DNA of 41,275 bases from a virus. Positions 24,802 through 32,816 of this stretch are shown here, piece by piece (position 1 is the stretch's first letter; each line of letters starts with the position of its first letter). The stretch lies in IMG/VR virus record IMGVR_UViG_3300025869_000003, positions 1-41,275 of that record. One strand, written 5' to 3'. Below the pieces are notes generated by a model. The model saw only the letters and a list, made by a program, of their open reading frames with translations, searched no databases and was not told the DNA's origin. The translations under genes and the position numbers were made by a program.

Positions 24802-26886
24802 TCATACCGCTACAGATGCTGGGATATTTCCAGCAGTAGTTCCTAAGGCTCCAGTTCTAGCGTTCTCTTGTTGCTGAATCATGAAGGTTAACTGATTGGA
24901 ATATTTCTCCAGCCTAGCCTTAAACTTTTCATCTTGTTGGAGCCTAGCTTGAATGTCCTCACCACTTATGTCTTCGGTTCCTTGCAAGTATTGCTGGATA
25001 ACTTGAAGTCGTAATTGTGGATTTGCATTTTGCTGGGGAGCGTTGACTACCTGACCGCTAGAAATCTTGGCTATGTCATTGGAAGTCTCGATAATTTCTT
25101 TGGTCGAAGCTTCTTGCTGAGGTATCAACAATTGATCGGATAAATTCGGATCAATAGCATCAATGAATACTCTGAGGTACTGGTCAAATCGGCTAACACC
25201 CTGACGATCAAATTGTGACATAATTTTACCAATCATCTCTAGCTTCGAGACTACCTTCTCCTCGTCATTGTTCATCGAGTTAAATGTGAGCTGGAAATCG
25301 TAGATCGATGCCATTTCATCCATTATGATATTTTGACCACGAGCGTTCTGAGTGACTCTGAACCAAACCTCAGAATTATAGCTACGATCATAAGCCCACA
25401 TCTTCTTGAGAACCTGGGAAAAGCCGTGAAGAAAATTGTTCACCAAAGACTGACGAATCAAGTTTGCTTCGACTGCATCAGCTTGACTTGTAGCTCGTCC
25501 GGTAAGCTTTTCAGCCAGCTCACGGATCTGCATTTCAACAGCCATATTATCTCCACTTTGAGGGGGGATTTCCATGTACCCAATATCACCGCGCCTTCTG
25601 ACTGGAATTTGACTACCAGCTCCGATCCTCTCAGGACGCGTTCCGATTCTATATTCTAAAGGAGGACAAGTTGATAGACTTTCTCGGTCTTTTCGCGCGT
25701 CCATCAGACTCTTAACGCAAATCTGATAACTGCGAAGGATCTCAGGGTAACCTCGACTATCAAGCAATCTGCGAGAAAGCTGTTCTCGTGTTATAGCTAC
25801 GAATGGATACCTACCCTCATCAGCAGACATAGTGTAGGTTTTACCATAACCCTCTGCTTGTTCGCTGAAGCAAGTGTAAGTGCAAATTGGTATTCCATCT
25901 TCATCAATCTCTTTGCGGTAACAGCCGACTAGTCGGATTAATCCATCATAATGGTCAGGAGCGTTGTCACCATACATAGTAGCCTCTGAATAACCATCGT
26001 GTTTATGATCATAGTCTCCGGTCGTATTTGTGATCACCTCATCGACAAAGTCTGCATCGAATCCATCAGTCACAACTTTCTCTTTTAGTTGCTCCGGTGA
26101 GTAATAGTTAACTGTGTAAATTGCTCTCGCACTTTCAAGATCGAGAATATTTGAATCAACAATTAGATCTCTGCCTAACTCGTAGGCTTTAATTGTCGGT
26201 CTGTTAGTTATGACCTTTTCTTGTGGAATCTCAGCTTCACCTTTGGAAGCTAAGTCACGAACCATTTTTCTGACTCGCTTCTTGGAAAGATTAGGGAAGG
26301 CGCTTTGAACAAGATCCAAAGCGCCTTCCTTCATGTCGGGATCGGTTATGGCAGAACCAAGCTCAGGAGAAAGGGCTGAAATCTCCTGAAGTGTGATGGG
26401 TTGTAAAACCCTAGTCACTTCCCTACGAAAATGTACGCCTAAAAAACAAAGTCCTTGTTCCAGCAAATAGTTGGCAGCAACACCTACTTCTCTTGGAAGT
26501 TCGTCCATCGTAGACATCCTCCATCGCATGAATTGGGTGACGATTGCCGAAGTAGTAATATCATTTGATTCAACTGGTGAAGCAATGAGGTTACCCTTGT
26601 TAACTGAGGATTTCAAAAGAGCGATGTCTCCATCAATTAGTGGTGATACTAAATTTGGTTCTAAATCGCTGGCTCCTTGCCAAGGAAATGCATCAGGATC
26701 CTCTTTTCTTCCAGTCTTTGACTTGCCTACCCAAACATTTCTACGAATGTCCCTAGCTTCTTCTGCAAGGTCTAAGTGGTAAGAAAGGTTATGCCTACAT
26801 CTGTCAAAATCGCTTTTGAGAAAATCGATGTCAGGCTTCGTTTCGTGTTCATAAAGTTCGTTTTCTAGTTCTGCCATATCTTTCAC
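24802..26886 (-). CDS. Portal protein
   Basis: 694 aa, in the late operon downstream of terL and upstream of scaffold and capsid. The start is GTG at 26886 (GTGA overlap) or ATG at 26877. The call rests on size and synteny. Confidence 0.6.
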   Translation of the reverse strand: MKDMAELENELYEHETKPDIDFLKSDFDRCRHNLSYHLDLAEEARDIRRNVWVGKSKTGRKEDPDAFPWQGASDLEPNLVSPLIDGDIALLKSSVNKGNLIASPVESNDITTSAIVTQFMRWRMSTMDELPREVGVAANYLLEQGLCFLGVHFRREVTRVLQPITLQEISALSPELGSAITDPDMKEGALDLVQSAFPNLSKKRVRKMVRDLASKGEAEIPQEKVITNRPTIKAYELGRDLIVDSNILDLESARAIYTVNYYSPEQLKEKVVTDGFDADFVDEVITNTTGDYDHKHDGYSEATMYGDNAPDHYDGLIRLVGCYRKEIDEDGIPICTYTCFSEQAEGYGKTYTMSADEGRYPFVAITREQLSRRLLDSRGYPEILRSYQICVKSLMDARKDRESLSTCPPLEYRIGTRPERIGAGSQIPVRRRGDIGYMEIPPQSGDNMAVEMQIRELAEKLTGRATSQADAVEANLIRQSLVNNFLHGFSQVLKKMWAYDRSYNSEVWFRVTQNARGQNIIMDEMASIYDFQLTFNSMNNDEEKVVSKLEMIGKIMSQFDRQGVSRFDQYLRVFIDAIDPNLSDQLLIPQQEASTKEIIETSNDIAKISSGQVVNAPQQNANPQLRLQVIQQYLQGTEDISGEDIQARLQQDEKFKARLEKYSNQLTFMIQQQENARTGALGTTAGNIPASVAV

Positions 26887-27125
26887 TTTGCAGAATTATC
26901 ATTCAATTTGCTCAAAGCGTCTTCTTCGATTCTTCTGATGGTATCATTTGAACAACCGCAGTAATCTGCTATTTGGGTTCTCGTAAACTTTGGGAACGGC
27001 TTATCGAACACCCAGCAATACAAAGTTGTTTCAATGACTAAAGATTTTAACATAGCTCCTATTCTTTCTTCAGTCTCTTTTCTGCTCTCAAATCTCCCGA
27101 AATAGTTCTTCATCTGATGTTTCAA
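26883..27125 (-). CDS. Small sigma region-4-like HTH protein (start uncertain)
   Basis: FTRTQIADYCGCSNDTIRRIEEDALSKL fits the region 4.2 HTH pattern. The longest ORF overlaps the upstream gene by 38 nt, and an alternative Met lies at 27053. Confidence 0.45.
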   Translation of the reverse strand: MKHQMKNYFGRFESRKETEERIGAMLKSLVIETTLYCWVFDKPFPKFTRTQIADYCGCSNDTIRRIEEDALSKLNDNSAK

Positions 27126-27411
27126 TCCTTTTAACTTTCAATGGCTTGTCTAAAAAGTGGTTGCCGTTAGCTCTAACAACACATTTGGAGACATTGTCAA
27201 AGTCGCCAAAATGGATAAATATGATCCTTGGATTGGGGCATAATTTGTAGACCCACGCTTTGAGTTCCTCACCTTGTAGCTTTTTATCAGCCTTTAATAT
27301 TCTTCCTACGCTGGCAGTACTTATTCCTAGATCCTTAGCAATCTTGGCGTTAGTGACTCCATCAGCTTTTAGCTTTAAAACTTCCTTAATTTTGTCTCCT
27401 GAAATTTTCAT
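27088..27411 (-). CDS. HTH DNA-binding protein (107 aa); regulator or small-terminase-like candidate
   Basis: GVTNAKIAKDLGISTASVGRILKA is an HTH. The ATG at 27411 forms an ATGA overlap with the methyltransferase stop. Confidence 0.5.
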   Translation of the reverse strand: MKISGDKIKEVLKLKADGVTNAKIAKDLGISTASVGRILKADKKLQGEELKAWVYKLCPNPRIIFIHFGDFDNVSKCVVRANGNHFLDKPLKVKRIETSDEELFREI

Positions 27412-28835
27412 TTTCCTGTAACCAAACTTATTCTCCTTGCTATCCACTCCATGACATGAGCGGTGATTCCATTTCCTAACATCCGGTATCTTGGTGCGTC
27501 TTTGAGTTCTATAACCTTACCTTTCTTGATCCATTTGTTGTCCACCAGCTCAAGGTCTTCCCTGAACTTAGTGAAATCATCTGATAGACCCTGAAGACGC
27601 TCTGCCTCCAAAGGAGTGATTTTACGGACAATCAAATCATGTGATACCGCATGAGTGTCACCAATTGTTAAAGTGTATTGAACTCCATCATCGCTGATAC
27701 CTAGTCCATTAGTGTCGCATTTTTCATTTCGTCCAATTGATTTACCAGCGAGAGCGACTGCATGAGCAAAACCCATTCCTTCACCTCCTTGCTGGGCGCG
27801 TAATGTTAAAGATACATCTTCTTTTGCCTTTGGAGTATGATCTCCATTCCAGCAACAAACTTTTGGCCCAGTTGCATTACTGATGCCTGATGCACAAGTT
27901 AAAGTTGGAGCAATATCTCCAGTTACAACTCCAGCATAGACATTACAGCCCTGAGTTAAGATGGGTAAATTATTCCCTCCAGTACCAGCCTTCTTTGTAA
28001 GAGTGGGGCTAATTTCTCCAGTCTCTTTGATGCGACTATCCTGAGCATGGTTTTCGTAGCAAGTGCATTGAGTTACCATCTCAAAGCTGTCAGCTCTTGA
28101 GTAGTCATTGCAACTTGTTTGAAGTGTCGAAGCTACTTCTTTGCAGTAGATTCGAGCGCTTGCCTTAGGATCGGGGGGAGACTTTCCAACTTTCCTCGTT
28201 TTTCTGCCCTCCTTAAAATGCCCTGACACGCGGTGTTTGAAAGTGAATATTTCTTCAATGGCTTCGGATCCAATATCGCAGAGAGTCCCAAGTACAAACA
28301 CTCGCAACCTCCGCTGAGGGACTGCTTGCCTAACTCCTCGTTTGTCGCTCCCTCGATTCTGTGGAAAACTGAAGGCGACGTGTTGAGAGTCCAAGTGCGT
28401 CCATCCGATCTCACGATGCCCGACTTCGGATAGGTCTTTGATGAACCTAGCAAAGTCGTTTTTATCTCCGCTGGACATGAGTCCGGCAACGTTTTCGGCA
28501 AGCGAGAGGATAAGCCCACGCTCTTTAAGTCCTGAAATAATTCTGATTGCTTCTCCATAAAGTGTAGATCGGTCTCCTTCTAATCCTTTCCGTTGACCAG
28601 CAACGGAAAGATCTTGGCATGGGAATGAGTATAAAACCCCATCGGCATCGGGTAGGTCATCAGCGGTGACTTTTTCAATATCTGAGAATATTGGAACACC
28701 GGGAAAGTTGTATGCGAAAACCCCTGCTGCTTGTTTGTCGTTCTCGATACCAGCGACAATCTCATGTCCAGCTCGTACTAATCCAAGGTCACCACAACCA
28801 GCTCCGCTAAACATTGAAATCCAGCGAAATGCCAT
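27408..28835 (-). CDS. DNA (cytosine-5)-methyltransferase with a long variable (target-recognition) region
   Basis: Motif I FSGAGCGDLG, motif IV FPCQDLSVAG, motif VI LAENVAGL, motif VIII PQRRLRVFVLG, motif IX-like RKITPLEAERLQGL and motif X GNGITAHV. About 220 aa separate motifs VIII and IX. Confidence 0.9.
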   Translation of the reverse strand: MAFRWISMFSGAGCGDLGLVRAGHEIVAGIENDKQAAGVFAYNFPGVPIFSDIEKVTADDLPDADGVLYSFPCQDLSVAGQRKGLEGDRSTLYGEAIRIISGLKERGLILSLAENVAGLMSSGDKNDFARFIKDLSEVGHREIGWTHLDSQHVAFSFPQNRGSDKRGVRQAVPQRRLRVFVLGTLCDIGSEAIEEIFTFKHRVSGHFKEGRKTRKVGKSPPDPKASARIYCKEVASTLQTSCNDYSRADSFEMVTQCTCYENHAQDSRIKETGEISPTLTKKAGTGGNNLPILTQGCNVYAGVVTGDIAPTLTCASGISNATGPKVCCWNGDHTPKAKEDVSLTLRAQQGGEGMGFAHAVALAGKSIGRNEKCDTNGLGISDDGVQYTLTIGDTHAVSHDLIVRKITPLEAERLQGLSDDFTKFREDLELVDNKWIKKGKVIELKDAPRYRMLGNGITAHVMEWIARRISLVTGK

Positions 28836-29059
28836 CAGTCGTTGCGTCTCCCTTCACAAATGTCTTGTTCCATCGCATAGAGGTAAAACCACAAGTCGAT
28901 GACCTCCTCTTTACACGCATCTATCTTTTGAAGCAGATGCATCCTTGATAGACCTTTTGTTCCGTCAGGATTATGTTCCAAGATTCCTTTTAGGAATTTT
29001 GATCGAGCCTCGCTTTTAAACTTTTGGAGGGCGTCTTCCATTAATTCTTCGTCCCTCAT
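28835..29059 (-). CDS. Small helical hypothetical protein (74 aa from MRDEELMED)
   Basis: ggagga SD, ATGA overlap with the upstream stop and TGATG junction with the methyltransferase start. The resemblance to MazG-like helices (EEVIDLWFYLYAM) is weak. Confidence 0.45.
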   Translation of the reverse strand: MRDEELMEDALQKFKSEARSKFLKGILEHNPDGTKGLSRMHLLQKIDACKEEVIDLWFYLYAMEQDICEGRRND

Positions 29060-29562
29060 TTGCCGTCCTCCTTGAATTGGGTGAGGCATCTTTGATCCAA
29101 TCCATAGCTCCAACCATAGCCGTAATCTACTTTATTATCCTCTTTGACTAATTCGCTCTTCCAAGCCCAACCTTTAATCTCAACAACTGATCCTTGTACT
29201 ACGCATAAGACATAGAAATCCACATCAGGGTTATCTTTTAATGTGCAAAGCAACTGAGAGGTTTGATTCTTTGTTGATTTAACATCGTATCGCTTTCCCT
29301 TGTAGACGCCGTCTTGGGATCCGCTTCTTGGACTCCATCCAATGTCAGGGAATAGATTGAAATGCTTTGCGAAAGCGTATTCTCCCATAAAGCCTAAAAC
29401 ATCAGCATCAGCTCCGTCCTGATTGCCCATTTTCGCGTCTTTTACATTGTTGCCACGAGCAACCAAGCTTCGGTTTCTGCCAACCATTTGGCAGTACTGA
29501 ATCTCAGAATGATCGAGTTCTACTTTAATGCCATCAACTAGCTTTTTGTTTATAATTGCCAT
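29056..29562 (-). CDS. PD-(D/E)XK (restriction-endonuclease/Hjc-like fold) protein candidate
   Basis: GFMGEYAFAKHF (Glu) ... SQDGVY (Asp) ... RYDVKST ((D/E)xK), then a hydrophobic core strand DFYVLCVV. Its ATG shares a base with the terL stop (TAATG). Confidence 0.4.
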   Translation of the reverse strand: MAIINKKLVDGIKVELDHSEIQYCQMVGRNRSLVARGNNVKDAKMGNQDGADADVLGFMGEYAFAKHFNLFPDIGWSPRSGSQDGVYKGKRYDVKSTKNQTSQLLCTLKDNPDVDFYVLCVVQGSVVEIKGWAWKSELVKEDNKVDYGYGWSYGLDQRCLTQFKEDGK

Positions 29563-31190
29563 TAGTATCCTCCAGCTCCGGTCGAGACCAATTCATGATC
29601 TTCGTAGTATTTGTAATTCCCTATTGCGACGTACCTGAGTGAATCGACTCCATCTTTGCAGACTCCTTTTGGCCCATGCTCTACCTGATAGTTAGAACAG
29701 CAATGGATCGTATTACCGCACTTGTCGCTGAATATAAGCTTTGAGTGATTATCGAAACCAATGGGTTTCGATGTATCGTAAGCTAAAAGTGAATTGATTG
29801 CCTGAAGACCAGTTTCAATGTCTAAGCCTTCGGCTGGATTTACATAAATTTCTTCATCAGCAAGGTCGCTTATGATGTTGGAAGTCCCTTCTGATTTTTG
29901 ATAGCTCGCAGATCCAAGACGAGGGTCTATGATCATATCAACATTCTCAAGCCCCTTGGTCATTTCCCTGATTACTTCAGCATAATCAGCGATTCCATAG
30001 CCGTTTGGCTGGCAAGCTTCCCCAGGTCTTCCCTGAGTTCCTTTCTCCATATCAGCCCATGCTCCATATGAAGGATCAGGGTATTCGTCTATGACATAGT
30101 GAGTCCCATTTGCGGAGATTCCTACCAGTATCATGAACCAAGGTTTTGCCCCAGCCGGATCAATTGAAAGGACATATGTACATGGATTGTCCTTCGGGTT
30201 TTTGATTATGGGAATCTCGCTATGTTTCATGATGACCTTGTCATCAAGATTTCTGAAAACTGTGTTAGCTGGCTTGGTCGGGACTCCATAAGCCCTTGTT
30301 AAAATCTCATCACGATTTGCTCCTTTAAGCTGATTCTTCGTAGCTTCCCAAGAATTGTAAGGATTCTCCTTTGTGTGAAAATAGACGATTCGAGCGTTGC
30401 GGATACTATGCTGTAAAACTGGAACTTCTTCATTGTTGAGAAGTTCAGCTTTCTTGGTTTCAAGAGTCCTAGCTCCGGTCAAATATTGGCTAACTACATT
30501 TGTCCAACCTGAGACCGTTGTGAAGCTACTGATAATACGAGCTGGGATTCCTTTAGAATCCGCTCTAGTAAGACAGCGATAGCGAAGTGTAGAAAGCCAT
30601 GAAAGGTTATACTCTTCGTCAAGCCAGCAACCTATTGAATGAGTTCCAGCAACTGGATCATCTATCAATCCGCATTCTCCACCTTCAACTGTTTTAATGT
30701 CTTGTTGGAAGTTGCGAAATACGCATTGGCTCTTATTCGGAAGTATAAAAGATCCGGAGGTAAAGCCGTTCTTATTTGAATAAGAGACGTAATAGGTTCT
30801 TGAGCGACCAAGCTTTTTGAACTCTTTGGGGAGGTAATGATAAATGATCGCTTGTTGATGAGCGATTGAGTTTTGAGAGGATGTCGTGAAACACCAAATT
30901 GTCGCTCCAGCGTTTTTGACTAAACATTCGACTACTCGCTTCGCACAAAAATTTGTTTTCGCAGAGCGGTTGCCTCCACATATTAAAAGCTCTGAATGAT
31001 CTGCGAGTTGATCGTCAGCAAGTTTCCAATGCGGTAATTCTGTTCCAAAGCGATATGGGTCTTCTCGCTCTCTTTCGATAGCTCCTTCTCTTCGCTCCCA
31101 ATATTGCAGAAGCTTCTCTGCTCCCATAGCGATTTGTTCCTTTTTTGAGGGAACTTCTAACAAGGGGTGCGGTGTCCATATCAAACTCAT
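29562..31190 (-). CDS. terL: Terminase large subunit
   Basis: Walker A LICGGNRSAKT, Walker B-like GCWLDEEY and nuclease-domain LSIDPAGAKPW. It is 542 aa and is the first long gene of the late operon. Confidence 0.85.
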   Translation of the reverse strand: MSLIWTPHPLLEVPSKKEQIAMGAEKLLQYWERREGAIEREREDPYRFGTELPHWKLADDQLADHSELLICGGNRSAKTNFCAKRVVECLVKNAGATIWCFTTSSQNSIAHQQAIIYHYLPKEFKKLGRSRTYYVSYSNKNGFTSGSFILPNKSQCVFRNFQQDIKTVEGGECGLIDDPVAGTHSIGCWLDEEYNLSWLSTLRYRCLTRADSKGIPARIISSFTTVSGWTNVVSQYLTGARTLETKKAELLNNEEVPVLQHSIRNARIVYFHTKENPYNSWEATKNQLKGANRDEILTRAYGVPTKPANTVFRNLDDKVIMKHSEIPIIKNPKDNPCTYVLSIDPAGAKPWFMILVGISANGTHYVIDEYPDPSYGAWADMEKGTQGRPGEACQPNGYGIADYAEVIREMTKGLENVDMIIDPRLGSASYQKSEGTSNIISDLADEEIYVNPAEGLDIETGLQAINSLLAYDTSKPIGFDNHSKLIFSDKCGNTIHCCSNYQVEHGPKGVCKDGVDSLRYVAIGNYKYYEDHELVSTGAGGY

Positions 31191-31233
31191 TCACAACCAT
31201 ATTTGCGGTCTTCGAGATGAATCGTGACAAATT
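31191..31233 (-). promoter_or_regulatory. Conserved bipartite element immediately upstream of terL (copy A)
   Basis: The - strand reads AATTTGTCACGAT-N15-CAAATATGG-ttgtga-ATG. The same boxes at the same spacing occur at 37022..37064 (+). An A9 run (plus strand T9, 31239..31247) lies just upstream. Confidence 0.6.
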
Positions 31234-31308
31234 GGAAATTTTTTTTTGTTTGAGCGAACTGGTCAGCGGAAAATCGGGCTGGCTTTCTCGACCCCCCTCC
31301 CCCCTACC

Positions 31309-31332
31309 CGATGGAACAAATTCGTTCCATCG
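31309..31332. promoter_or_regulatory. Perfect palindrome CGATGGAAC-aaattc-GTTCCATCG (operator/activator site candidate)
   Basis: The 9-bp arms and 6-bp spacer were read directly. Related copies lie at 34790..34808 and 35015..35034. A C6-T-C6-TA-C3 tract abuts it at 31292..31309. Confidence 0.6.
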
Positions 31333-31492
31333 AGCGACCAACTAAGATGAGGATCCGCTATTTCAATAGGGTATCAGGCGGTAGAGTCAGGGACTTTGAG
31401 TCTTCTTATGATGGATCCCAGCATAGTTGATGGAAACTTTCTGTTCACTTGCACCTATAATCTTAGATAGGTGTACACTAATCTAACTATTA

Positions 31493-31711
31493 CTAATCTT
31501 TAGCTTTCTTACCTTTTTGGAATATCCAATTAATGCTCTTATGGACTACAGCAATTGCTACTATAACCCCAACTACAAAGCCATATGCCTTAGCCTCAAA
31601 TTCAATCAAGGAATTGATCAGGATTTCAAGTCGAAGCTTTCCAAGCGTGATCCAAGCAATGGATCCGACATACAAGGCAAATACGCATAATCTCCTTAAA
31701 CTCTCAAACAT
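31493..31711 (-). CDS. Small two-TM protein (72 aa) with a basic C terminus; holin-like
   Basis: LCVFALYVGSIAWITL and GFVVGVIVAIAVV helices with a QKGKKAKD tail. It lies upstream of the terL operon on the same strand. Confidence 0.4.
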   Translation of the reverse strand: MFESLRRLCVFALYVGSIAWITLGKLRLEILINSLIEFEAKAYGFVVGVIVAIAVVHKSINWIFQKGKKAKD

Positions 31712-31720
31712 AACTTAATC

Positions 31721-32227
31721 ATGCCTACAAAGAAAAAACGAATCAATATCATTCCTGATAATCTACCAGCTCTCACAGCTCCCGAAGAAACTTGCCCTAG
31801 TTTGTTTACTGGTCAAAAGCTTGCAGAGAAGGATCCTGAGAAGTATGCGAGGATCGTTCAGAACCTGGGAGAAGGTAAGCCTTTGTCGAGGATCGCTAAG
31901 TCGGAGAAGGTCGCTCCTGAAACTGTCTCCGCTATCCTAAAGCGAGAGTCAAAGAGTGTGGATGCTGTCCAATCATTGACCGCTGGCTTGACCAGCTATG
32001 CATCGCAAACTTGCCTGATGAAGATCATCGAGAAATTAGATCGAGATGAGATTCCGGCTGGAGTGTTACCAATCACCTTTGGCATCCTTCGTGACAAGGA
32101 GAAGAATGATCTTGGTATGGCGACCAGCGTGATCGAACATAAAGCATCAGTCAGCATAGATGACGTCAGGCGAGAATTAGCTGAGATGAAGAAGGATGCT
32201 ATTGAGGTTGATACGAAGGATCTGTAA
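31721..32227 (+). CDS. HTH DNA-binding protein (168 aa); regulator (or small-terminase-like) candidate
   Basis: EGKPLSRIAKSEKVAPETVSAILKRE is an HTH. The gene lies between the lysogeny and packaging modules. The family was not identified. Confidence 0.4.
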   Translation: MPTKKKRINIIPDNLPALTAPEETCPSLFTGQKLAEKDPEKYARIVQNLGEGKPLSRIAKSEKVAPETVSAILKRESKSVDAVQSLTAGLTSYASQTCLMKIIEKLDRDEIPAGVLPITFGILRDKEKNDLGMATSVIEHKASVSIDDVRRELAEMKKDAIEVDTKDL

Positions 32228-32234
32228 TAATTAG

Positions 32235-32816
32235 TTAGCCTCTTCCATCAACCATCTCACCTTCTTTATATTCAAACTCATAATCTTTATGGAAAGTTCC
32301 GTCTTTATCAATTGAGTCCCAATATTGAACCATTATTCCGTTTCCATCTATAATTTTTGTTTCATCACATTTATCACCATTTGGCTTCCATACCTCACAT
32401 GAAATCATTTTGCCATCTCTGTAAAAAGCATGAGACTTTTTCCGCTTTCGATCCATATCATACCACTCGATCCAATATCCGTCCCTCTCATCTTTTTCAT
32501 TGAACTTGCCTTCAAAGGGTTCAGGTCTGCTATCAGTAGTTTCAGGCTCTCCAAACTCTTCACGCCAAAAGTTTTTTACGCAGTAAAAAGCAATTACAGT
32601 TACAATGATAAGAACTATTGGTCGTTCAAGGTTTATCAGAACTAATGGAAGCCATACTCCTATTGCAATACAAGCGCTAGCAACCTTTTCATTTCTGTTT
32701 ATGAAGAATATTCCAAAGATAAAACTAAGCCCTGCTACCCAACCACACCAAGCTGGGAAATCTCCAAAGAAATAACTATCGCTTGGATCAGGAACTGCTC
32801 CAATGATTTCAATCAT
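32235..32816 (-). CDS. Membrane protein with a C-terminal MORN-variant (YwqK-like) repeat region
   Basis: Three N-terminal hydrophobic helices. The C-terminal GYWIEWYDMDRKRKKSHAFYRDGKMISCEVWKPNG...GIMVQYWD...EFEYKEGEMVDG resembles MORN-variant repeats. Confidence 0.5.
   Translation of the reverse strand: MIEIIGAVPDPSDSYFFGDFPAWCGWVAGLSFIFGIFFINRNEKVASACIAIGVWLPLVLINLERPIVLIIVTVIAFYCVKNFWREEFGEPETTDSRPEPFEGKFNEKDERDGYWIEWYDMDRKRKKSHAFYRDGKMISCEVWKPNGDKCDETKIIDGNGIMVQYWDSIDKDGTFHKDYEFEYKEGEMVDGRG

Noticed and set aside
28133-28558. A 141-aa alternative-frame ORF inside the methyltransferase gene, plus 28233..28433, 28580..28765 and 28666..28902.
   Set aside because: The methyltransferase frame carries all canonical motifs, so these are shadow ORFs.
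29056-29562. Vsr-type very-short-patch repair endonuclease, the classical partner of Dcm.
   Set aside because: The Vsr hallmark segments (a GRPDF-like motif and the FVHGCFWH zinc site) are absent. Only a generic PD-(D/E)XK-like pattern is visible.
31292-31309. A G-quadruplex on the - strand (GGGTAGGGGGGAGGGGGG).
   Set aside because: The G runs cannot be split into four GGG tracts with non-zero loops. I note it only as an unusual homopolymer-rich tract.
31015-31345. ORFs of 108 aa (-) and 66 aa (+) over the terL start and leader.
   Set aside because: The translations are dominated by the C/G homopolymer tract (GRGEGGRE, PPSPLP), and they overlap terL out of frame. One does start at the ATG inside conserved box 2, which I note but do not consider evidence of coding.
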